A stretch of 63,847 nt of DNA, counting the filler, from Octopus bimaculoides (taxonomy: Eukaryota): assembly GCF_001194135.2 (NCBI RefSeq). It is 9 parts of 9 records of this genome, joined end to end, with 100 filler letters (N's around TTAATTAATTAA, not from the genome) between each part and the next. Parts side by side here need not be neighbours in the genome. Positions count along the whole stretch, not along the records: positions 1 to 11,215 come from NC_069003.1; 8 more parts are not named here. One strand, given 5' to 3'. Position numbers and translations under genes: made by a program. The notes under the pieces were generated by a model, which was not told the origin of the DNA, searched no databases, and saw only the letters and a program-made list of their open reading frames with translations. Positions 1 to 9,321 of this stretch are shown one piece after another (within the stretch, counting starts at the first letter, position 1; each line of letters starts with the position of its first letter).

Positions 1-649
1 GTGATGTGATGTATGAATTTTTTGCATGTATGTGTAAGTGGAACGCACTCACTCTCTCTCACACAAACACACTATCTTTCACATACACGTACATAGTGGC
101 GGTAAAGAATACACACACCACCCGTTTTCAGCGTAACCCTAACCCTAAACAACGAGAGTGTGTATTCTTTACTTTCATCCATAAATACATATGCATACAT
201 CGTTTTTGCGCATGACAGAGAGTGTGTATGTGTGTGTGACTGTATTTCCTCATAACATATAGAAAAATGGATGTCTTTTAATGCAATTTTTTTTTGGTTG
301 TGGTTTATTTTAATACAATATTTATGTGTACATTTTCATAAATGGTGAATTCTACGCATGCGTGAAACATCGGACAAATGTAAAACATTGGAAGCAAATC
401 AAAATATTGTCGGAATATGACCTCAAAATTGTGCAACCCAACCAAGTTGCTGAGGTTATTTTAGTTGTAAAACAGAGTTGTTGAGTCAAAAACATAGTTT
501 ATAATAAGCAGCTTTCTTTATTATAATACAGATGTGACTAATTCGGAGAAACATTACTTTCATTATTCACACATCATCACTCTCGTAATACAACACTTTA
601 TAATTTTGGTTCAAATTGAAAGTGAAATAACTATAGCTGGTTGTTGAGA

Positions 650-985
650 TAATGTAGAAAATATGCAAATATGTGTAATTGATTTGATTGTTCTGGTCTT
701 AGCATCAACTTGTAAGAATAGAAGTCATTTGACGACACCTTTTTGTTTGTAATTGGCTATCCTGTTGCAGGTTCAATCCATGGAATACTGAAATGACACC
801 CATCTTGTCCATTCCACAGAATAAGAACATACTGGAGAGCAAGATAACAGGGATGAGTCTGTGAAACACGTTTAAGGTTATCTCAAACAGGAACAAGAAT
901 ATCATGATTTTCATGGGGATCACCAACCATAAGGATGGCTACTTCATTAGATGTGGGCTCATAAAAACAACACAAAATGTTCTTT
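650..985 (-). mobile_element. Helitron Rep/helicase N-terminal region, degenerate fragment
   Basis: Manual minus-strand translation not in the ORF track: EPTSNEVAILMVGDPHENHDILVPV*DNLKRVSQTHPCYLALQYVLILWNGQDGCHFSIPWIEPATG*PITNKKVSSNDFYSYKLMLR. It matches the recalled Helitron motif string PT..EVA...G...RDI....L.RISETHR.YDALQYPL..W.G.DGYH..I........KKVS..DFY.Y.LM. Two in-frame stops. Confidence 0.75.
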
Positions 986-2306
986 ACTATAGTTTACTAT
1001 AGATGTAAAGAACGCAAAAACACACACACACACTCATGGAATTGATAATATTGAAAACAGCAAAATGTACACATACAAAGTTCAAGAGAAACGAAATGTC
1101 ATCAATATAGATGCAAAACATACTTTCTATAGCATAGTTATGCTATAAAAAAAATTGGAAAGTCACCAATTTAGCAAAAGTTACTATGCATCACCAATGT
1201 AAGAAAGTACAGAAAGTCAACATTTATTTTGAACATATACTAAATGTTATCAAATTCACGATTGAATATCATGGTGAAGAAAGTGAAAGTCCAAGTAAAT
1301 TCAGAAGGCTTAATTCAATTTTTCATACAAAGATAATTTATTTTACAATTTTGAAACGAATGCTGAACCAAGTATATAGAAAGGAAGATACTGTTGTAAC
1401 ATTAATTTTAAATATTTGCTGAAGGATGTATGTAGCAAGATATAAATTAATTTGACATTACTACATATTTTTTAACTGAGTAACGCTATAGGCTGTAGAT
1501 AAATACTGACGAATGCAGTAAAAAGGTTGTGTAACGTTGATACTCACAGTGATGAAGAAGCTTAGGAGTACTGTTAAAAATTATCTTGAAACTGGTTAGA
1601 AGGAGTGGAATAACATTTCTGTAATTATACTGAAAGAGCTGCTGAGGTTTTCTACTTCGCCAAGTTTCCGAATTTGTTATAATAACCAGAACAACATTTC
1701 TTTTTCAGATATATTTGCGAGTATTGTGAGTGGTATTAAATCAGCCAACTCTTCATTTTGGTAGTACTTAAAAGTGAATGTTGTTGTTCATTTAAAGTCC
1801 AGGCTGCAACTAAACTTCACAATATCAGCACAATTCACTGTTGAGCGGGAGTAAGTTACACACATAAAGACACACACCTGAAGCCTATCTCTGTCTCTGT
1901 GCGTCAGTCGTCACAAAAATGTATGTATACTGACAGATACATACACCGTCTCACACATATACTTGTCAGTCATTGGCCTGACGTAGGTAACGAATGCGCA
2001 AACAGTCATAAAGAAAATGCGACGTCACCGTCGTTGTGGTGGAGATATAAAATGTCGTTTCACCTATTGTAAACGACATTTTATATCTCCACCACAAAGA
2101 AAAATGACAATGTTAAGATTAAAAGAAAAATGACAATGTTAAATTTTTGTAATGCAAATATGTGAATGAAAATATAGTTTAGTTGGTAGCCAAAAGCCTA
2201 ATGAATCTTTTGATACCCCATACGTCAAAATCAGCAACTCGGTTTTGAGATGCATAAGAAATATATGCACATACACACATACAAACTCTCTTTTATAGAC
2301 ACACAC

Positions 2307-2339
<33 letters not shown>

Positions 2340-2340
2340 C

Positions 2341-2580
2341 TTTTGGTGCGAATGGTTTTAATATACAGCACTGTGTTTTACAATCCTGTAAATAATAAAT
2401 ATGGTATTTATATAAGCTTAAAGCTTATAGTGATCACTGTGCAATGACTAAGGAAAATAGTCTAATAAAGGGGCATATAAACTCACAACAGAAAAAAGGC
2501 TTTCCTCTCTGCATGGGACTCGAACCGACATCCCTTTGCTAACACAAGTGTTTTACCTTTACACCAGCGAATTAGCCTCC
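2341..2580 (-). mobile_element. tRNA-derived SINE (family distinct from the dominant SINE)
   Basis: The minus strand has an A-box-like TGGTGTAAAGG and a B-box GGTTCGAGTCC (complement of 2516-2526). The body and tail are repeated in a rearranged second copy at 2649-2863. Confidence 0.55.
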
Positions 2581-2648
2581 CTGTTTCTGTCAAATTTAAG
2601 AACTATAATAGTTTGTATTTGTTTTATGTAAACAAACTTTCTACATGC

Positions 2649-2863
2649 TTTCGGTGCGAATGGTTTTAATATTCAGTGCCGTGTTTTACAATCCTGTAAA
2701 TAATAATAATGGTATTTATATAAGCTTAAAGCTTAAGGCAATCACCATTCGAGTCCAATACAGACAGGAAAGCCTTCTTTTTTCTGTCATCGGCTTATAT
2801 GCCCCTTTATTAGACTATTTTCCTTAGTCATTGCACGGTGATCACCATAAGCTTTAAGCTTAT
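2649..2863. mobile_element. Second copy of the same SINE with a 5' inversion
   Basis: 2649-2735 is a direct repeat of 2341-2427. 2748-2863 is an inverted copy of about 2412-2524. Both segments end at the short palindrome ATAAGCTT-A/T-AAGCTTAT. Confidence 0.7.
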
Positions 2864-3248
2864 GGTAACGTTTTGAAAATGTAAATAAAGCTCCTATTCC
2901 ATTATGCCAGCCAGAGTTTAATGATATTGATTAGTGAGCCAGTTTTTCGGGGTTGCATCAAGTTATACTGATATAATGTAGGATAAATATAACAATAATT
3001 CTAGGATGAATTTATAAATATTTAAAACATCGCTACACACGTTTCCAGAAATCACATGACTTTTAAGGTTACAGTCCGTATTCCTGGGATGATTACAGTG
3101 TAGTCTGTAGTATCTGTGGGCATCTGGTTGATCATCATTGATTCATTTCACATCTCAGTTACATGAGGGCTTTTCCTCCAGAAAGCACAGAACTGGGAGA
3201 AAAGCAAAATTAACTGAGGTGGATGTCAACAGAGAAAATATTAACTTC

Positions 3249-3419
3249 CATAAAGTTGAAAAAATAAATGGAAGGAAAAAAGTTTGCAGACTGTGTTCAT
3301 TGCAAAAATGAAATACTGCAAAAGGATATCAGGTCAAGACCTCATATATGTGTTTATTTTGCGAAGTGCTCTTGTGTAAAGGTTGCTTTGCATAGTTTCA
3401 TGATAGAAATATGGCATAA
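3249..3419 (+). mobile_element. piggyBac-like transposase C-terminal cysteine-rich domain, pseudogenic fragment
   Basis: Translation HKVEKINGRKKVCRLCSLQK*NTAKGYQVKTSYMCLFCEVLLCKGCFA*FHDRNMA* has the CxxC...CxxC...LC..CF..FH pattern of piggyBac CRDs. Internal stops; no TIRs found. Confidence 0.6.
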
Positions 3420-4528
3420 CTATATTTTGTTGTTTGATAGTAATACTATCATATATTCCTAATATGTGAAAGTGAGAAATACATATTAATTTTCAGTATG
3501 TTACACACCTGTATTCACCTTTGTCTCGCCTGTTAATGAGCTTTTTTTATTAGTTGCCTTCTGTTATGTAAATGTACTCGTTAAATTGTATAAGAGTACA
3601 TAGCCAATGCTATTTTAACTAGTAAAAGAGATTTGTACTTTATTTTCAATGAATATGTTTGAATGAAATATGGAAAAAGAATAAAATCTTGTACTAATTA
3701 TACCTATGTTTTAATTAATTCAAATTAATGTACCTCATCTTGTACCCAATATCTGCCAACCCCCATCCCATCTCCCCTCACCCTTATGCATTCCCCCACA
3801 ACACGGTATTCACTCCAAAAAGCACAAAATACTTGAACACAAACAATATACACACACACACACACAACATGCATAAACAGACAACTTCCGCCCACAAACA
3901 TACACTATACACATACACACTATAACGTCAGACACACACACACACACACCACCTAAACAAGCACAGATCACTTGCTAAATACAAGCATTTGCACACACAT
4001 GCGTACACACACACACGCACACACAATAGCCTCACACAAATACACAAAACACACATCAGTTCACACAATGCATACTGTAGGTTACTTGTACACATACACA
4101 CACAGGCCCATGCACACACAATAACCTCACACATACATACACATGTCCAGTACATGAAATGTACATCACTCCACAATGAACGCACTAGGTTACTTATACA
4201 CATACACAGGCCCACATAATTTTCAGCTCAACCACACAACATACTCATGCTCTCACCCCTATTCATACATACACTCTCACATGCACTATTCTCATATACA
4301 CACACACACATGCTTGCATACCTTAGTTCATCCAGGTCACCATTATTATCTCCCTTTCATTCAGCCTTTTTTCTTCCAGCCATTTCATCATGTTAAACCG
4401 TTTAATCCCTACACATTTTTTTCTCTCTCCATTAAAATTTTTTTTTTTCCTCTTATTCCTCCTGTTGGAATGGCTCAAAACATCAAAGACTTTTCCATTC
4501 TTCCCAAACGTTAAACTAAACTGTCTTT

Positions 4529-4693
4529 AATACAGTTCTATATTTAAGAGATGAGGAATTATTTACATTATTTACAATATTTACATAATTGCCCACGGGC
4601 ATATGGCGTAGTGGTTAAGAGCGCGGGCTACTAACCCCAAGGTTCCGAGTTCGATTCACGGCAGCGACCTGATTAATAATAGTAATAATAATA

Positions 4694-4731
<38 letters not shown>

Positions 4732-4876
4732 GTAACATCGATAGGAATGAGAACCCAGGTTCGAAATTTCCCCAAGACACCTGACGAAGGCTGGAGAGTA
4801 TATCAGCCGAAACGTTGTGTTAACAACAAACAAGATGAGGACGAATATCCGTCAAATGTAAATAATGTAAGTAATG
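4529..4876. mobile_element. tRNA-headed SINE carrying a hammerhead ribozyme, 5'-inverted insertion with 12-bp TSD
   Basis: TSD TAAACTGTCTTT at 4517-4528 and 4877-4888. Inverted 3' tail 4529-4590. tRNA-like head from 4597 with A-box TGGCGTAGTGG (4604-4614) and B-box GAGTTCGATTC (4647-4657). (TAA)n 4673-4734. Hammerhead motif 4776-4821. Confidence 0.8.
4776..4821 (+). ncRNA. Minimal type I hammerhead ribozyme motif (palindromic stem III)
   Basis: Stem I GACAC(4776-4780)/GUGUU(4817-4821). Core CUGACGA (4781-4787) plus an extra A. Stem II GGCUG/CAGCC with a 10-nt loop. GAAA (4809-4812). Stem III is the loopless palindrome ACGU. Predicted GUU cleavage after 4816. Confidence 0.75.
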
Positions 4877-5329
4877 TAAACTGTCTTTGTCTTTTGTTTT
4901 CTGTGAATTTGAACTACATATATGTATGTCTTTGAGTCTGTCCTCTACCACCATTTGATAATTAGTGTTGGTTTGTTTCAGCCATAGAAACAAATAGAAT
5001 AAGTACTGAGCTCAATTTGTTTAACTGAAACCCTTCAGGGCAGTGCCCCAGGATGGTGATAGCCCAGTAACTGAAACAAGTAAAAGATATCTGCATACAC
5101 ACACACACACACATTGAGTATAATTAATTGTGTGGTTATGGTAGGATATCCACTAAATATCTGAGTGGATTACAGTGGTACAGATGGTAGTAATGATTGT
5201 CATCTGGGTGACTATAGTAGTGGTGGTGTTTATGTAATTGATGCCATAACTTCACTGGGATCACAAAGACCACTGAGAATTTCCACTAGATTTGAAATAA
5301 GAAATTCACAGCTCAGGCATGGCATTGTT

Positions 5330-5525
5330 AAGAAGTTTGCATCCGGTTCAGTCCCACTGCATGATACCCTCAAATCATTCAAAGCCTTGTGTGTGGATAT
5401 GGTAGACAGAAACTGAAAGAAGACCATCACATGTGTGTGTGTGTAAGTCCTGGGGTCAATTTGTTCGACTAAAACCCTTCAAGGCAGTGCCCCAGCATGG
5501 CTGCTATCAAATGACTGAAACAAGA
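5330..5525 (+). mobile_element. Dominant tRNA-derived SINE, degenerate internally deleted copy
   Basis: GGTTCAGTCCCACTG B-box region, GGTAGACAGAAACTGAAAGAAG body and GCAGTGCCCCAGCATGG...AAATGACTGAAACAAG tail, shared with the copy at 50833-51247. A further tail fragment lies at about 4945-5090. Confidence 0.7.
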
Positions 5526-5829
5526 TATATATCTGTTTGGTGATGCAAACATCACCAAATTATATAAAATGGAATGCCAGTCTGCCACAGGGTTACCATT
5601 TTTGATTTGTTTTGAAAATGAAAATAGAAAGTAAACCCAAAATATATACATTTCTTATATAGATAATCAGTAGAAGTTACAGACTGACTTGAGGGCTGAG
5701 AGATTTGTGCTTAGTGCCAATACATGAAACCCTCAGCCCTTGAGTCACTCAGTAAATTCTGCAAATTATGAAAGGCAGGGCCACAGTACGGCCTCAGCCT
5801 CTGGCTGAAACCAGTAAACAGTAAAAATA

Positions 5830-5872
<43 letters not shown>

Positions 5873-5960
5873 GTATGTTCTCTTATAGTTTGATGACTGA
5901 CGTTAAAAAAGACCAATGCTAATGACTGCCAGATCACCTAATAAGATAGATCTGTTTGTT

Positions 5961-7200
5961 GATCATCATCCTTTAACGTCAGTTTTCCGTGCTGGCATGA
6001 GTTGGATGGTTTGACAGAGTTGGTCAGCTGAAAAGCTGCCCAGGCTCCATGTCTGCTTTGGCATGATTTCTATGGCTGGATACCTTTCCTAATGCCAACC
6101 ACTTACACAGTCTACTGGTGCTATTAACGTAGCATCAGCATGGGTGCTTTTACATGGCACTGACACGGGTGCTTTTACATGCTACTGCCACAGGCACTTT
6201 TACGTGGCACCAGCTCAGGTGCTTCTATGTGTATACCAGCACAGGCACTCTTATGTGGCACTGGCACAGACACTGTTATCTGACACTAGCACAGGTGCTT
6301 TTATATAGAACCAACACTTTTACGACACCACACAAGCGCTTTTATATGACACTGGCCTCATACAATCTATCTTTCACTCTGTTACCAACAGGGATAGTAG
6401 TTCTCTGAACTTTGACCAGCTTGTTCTTATTCTAGCTGCCATGTTTTCAGAACTACTCCCTTCACTGCTAACTTGGTTACATAAGTAACAGAAATTATTT
6501 CAAAGTATCCCAATGGACATTTGAAGGAGTCTATTTTCTGTACATTCCTAGTGTTCATTTTACCTGCACATCCACCATACAGAAAGACTACTTTCTCTTG
6601 TTAACTTTCCTGTGATACTGTTACACCCCTTATGTGTGCAAAGTTTGCACCTGATACAGCATATGGAGTTTCTACCAACACCTTTTCTACATATCAGGCA
6701 GAGCAATCTCCCTGAAGAGATCAGTGATTCATCTGTTTTCCTACTTATTAGGACATCAGTCTTTGCTACATTAACTCTTAAGGCTCTTTGCTTCCACACC
6801 TCAAATTCCTTCTTAGTTCTGGTAGAGATTCAGCAATAAGAACAAGTTGTCAGCATAGAGGAGCTCCCAAAGACAGCCAGTCTTAAATTCCTCTGTTATG
6901 GCCTGTAGGACTATGATAAACAAAAGGATGCTGAGAACCAATCATTGGTGAACTCCTACCTGTACACCAAATTCCTTGCTATACTCATTGTCAACTTTCA
7001 CCAACCACTCATCAATCTCTAGCTTCCCTGACAAAAGCTTTTTCTACGTCAACAAAAGTCAAATGCAGAGGTTTATTTTTAGCTAAATACTTCTCCTGCA
7101 GTTGCCTCACCAGGAAGATAGCATCAGCAGTGCTTCTTCCTAGCACAAAACCAAACTACATCTCATCTTCTTTCTAATTAATTGATATATGACCCTTTCT
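5961..7200 (-). mobile_element. RTE-clade LINE, 5'-truncated and internally deleted
   Basis: RT motifs FGFVLGRSTADAIFLVRQLQEKYLAKNKPLHLTFVDVEKAF and WELLYADNL, plus a Cys-rich segment (ORF 6560-6799). The 3' UTR is shared with the copy at 9322-11060. Confidence 0.85.
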
Positions 7201-7235
7201 GTAACTTTCGTGTGTGTGTATTTTTATATATTTAC

Positions 7236-7409
7236 AGGCGTAGGCATGACTGTTAAGAAATTTGCTTCCCAACCACATGTTTCCAGGTTCAGTCCCACTG
7301 TGTGTCACCTTGGGCAAGTGCCTTCTACTTCAGCTTCAGGCCAACCAAACCCTCGAAAGTAGATTTGGTAGACAGAAACTGAAAGAAGCCTGCTATGTTG
7401 TGTGGTGTG

Positions 7410-7459
<50 letters not shown>

Positions 7460-7600
7460 AATATATACATACATATTTATCTACATTCCTGTTTTTGTGT
7501 CTATCCCCTCCCCCCACTGCTTGATGACTGGTGTTGGTGTGTTTCCATCCCCATTACTAGTGGTTGGGTAAAACAGACCGATATGATAAATATCAAGCTT
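7236..7600 (+). mobile_element. Dominant tRNA-derived SINE
   Basis: Head AGGCGTAGG...CCAACCACATG...GGTTCAGTCCCACTG, body GATTTGGTAGACAGAAACTGAAAGAAGCC, internal microsatellite and partial tail. Confidence 0.8.
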
Positions 7601-7607
7601 AAAAATA

Positions 7608-7822
7608 ACAAGCACTCAGAGAGCGCAAACCTCCATCAAGGCAACACTAATATCCTCTCGACGATTAGCCGGAGAAGATTTTTAGAAAGAGAATATCTGA
7701 AATAAACTCAACTGCTCTCACAAATGGGAATACTAAAAATGAACCCAACCACTCTCAAAAATTAAGTAAAAAAAAACGGAAAAATAATCTAGAATCCTTG
7801 TCCGGTACCTGATCGATCCCAA
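7608..7822 (+). mobile_element. Helentron/HINE (pearl-like) non-autonomous element, 5' part
   Basis: Starts AACAAG and contains AACCTCCATCAAGGC, which resembles the terminal hairpin arm at 8611-8638. Its last ~33 bp overlap the 3' part at 8460-8491. Confidence 0.45.
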
Positions 7823-8454
7823 TGGTAGTCATGGACTGTGAAAGTGGGTGTGTGGGCTGTGGTTGTGTGGGCTGTGTTTGTAATGCTGTGTGTGTGTCAT
7901 CTGCAGTGGGAACAGGGACTGTTTTCTCTATGAAGGCCTTTTTTTAGTCTATCCACTAGTATAGTATCTTTACAACCATTAAGGTCTATAGTGAAAAATT
8001 TATCCGTGCATGAAAGGAAACAGAAAGGACCTACATACGGTGCTGTTAACGGAGGTTTAACAACATCATTGCACACAAAAACATGAGTCCAAGAAGTAAA
8101 GCTTCCTTCAAGGTAGAGCTAGAATTCCAATTGTCAAGTAGGTAAGAGGTTTTAAACAGGAGCGATATATTCAAAATTGGTAAAACTAAAAATTGTTGAG
8201 GATAAATTAAATTTATTATTGTTACTGAATATGTTGCTGTTATTCAATTTCTGAATGATTTTGCTGCTGTTTGTTTATGTAGTTTGATTTCTTTATCCAT
8301 CAGTTTCTACAAGAGTGAAATTAATAATAGAGAAATGAAAATAAAACTTTGGAAATATCAACGCCGCCATAATTTACATGGAAATCATGAGCGTGCTTTC
8401 AAGGGAGATAATCAGAGATCGTAATCATGTAAAGTAAAGTAAATATAACAAATA

Positions 8455-8642
8455 ATTCAGAATCCTTATCCGGTACCAGATCAATCCCAAAATCTAATCA
8501 GTTCGTGCCAGTCATGAGGCCAAACATCCCTGAATGTTTGATCCGAATCCATCCAGCGGTTCTTGAGGTACCTTGTCCATGGACAAACAGACAAACAAGA
8601 CTAAAAACAATACCTCTGCCTTCGCTAAGGCAGAGGTAGTAA
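8455..8642 (+). mobile_element. Helentron/HINE-like element, 3' part with terminal hairpin
   Basis: ACAA/ACAG tetranucleotide tract, then a perfect 12-bp hairpin TACCTCTGCCTT-CGCT-AAGGCAGAGGTA (8611-8638). Confidence 0.55.
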
Positions 8643-8702
8643 GTACTGAAATTGAATCGTTTTACTAAAATTCATCAAGATGGTGCCTCAGCATGATACA
8701 AG

Positions 8703-8769
<67 letters not shown>

Positions 8770-8771
8770 GT

Positions 8772-9171
8772 ACATTCAAGTGACAAATATACTTCACCTT
8801 GTCGTGCAGTTACTGTTAATACCTCGTTCAGAGATTTAACGTTGCTTGTTTTCACTTTTTCGAAATCAGTGAATAAGTATCTGCAAAGGGAAATCTTTCG
8901 CATCGAAGGTCGGCGATTGTCGTACGCTGAGGACAGGTAAATACCTAGAAACTCGAGTCCATGCGTATCGCAGATAAAGATGGGAAGGATGACTTCCCTT
9001 TGCAAATACAGACAGGACGCAGATGTGTGTCAATAGCCAGCTGGAGATGTTCTCCTGGGGCTAAAAGCAACAGTAACATCCACCCTTAGGGGTCAGCCAC
9101 ATTTAAGTGGCAAATATACTTTACCTTGTCGTGCACTTACTGTTAATACCTCGTTCAGAGATTTAACGTTG
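8772..9171 (+). mobile_element. Candidate retrozyme or PLE pseudo-LTR: 327-bp unit plus 73-bp partial tandem repeat
   Basis: Direct repeats 8772-8844 and 9099-9171 (4 mismatches in 73 bp, period 327 bp). Central hammerhead motif. Inserted next to a (TA)n tract. Confidence 0.6.
8921..8965 (+). ncRNA. Minimal type I hammerhead ribozyme motif (palindromic stem III)
   Basis: Core CUGAGGA (8927-8933). Stem II AGGU/ACCU with an AAAU loop and a flanking C-A mismatch. GAAA (8948-8951). Stem III palindrome ACUCGAGU. GUC cleavage site after 8959. Stem I CGUACG/CAUGCG with one mismatch and one wobble. Confidence 0.65.
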
Positions 9172-9321
9172 TTTATATATACACTATTTTTTATTAAAGC
9201 TGCAAAAACATCACTCATGCTTTTGCAGCTTCAATAAAAAAGCATATTACTCTACCTTTGGTATTCAAGTATTATTTTTTGCATTTATGTACTTACACAT
9301 GTGTTTACTTATGTGCTTACT

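Noticed and set aside
4597-4670. Possible functional tRNA gene
   Set aside because: A and B boxes are present, but the acceptor stem does not pair convincingly and the head is embedded in a TSD-flanked retroposon.
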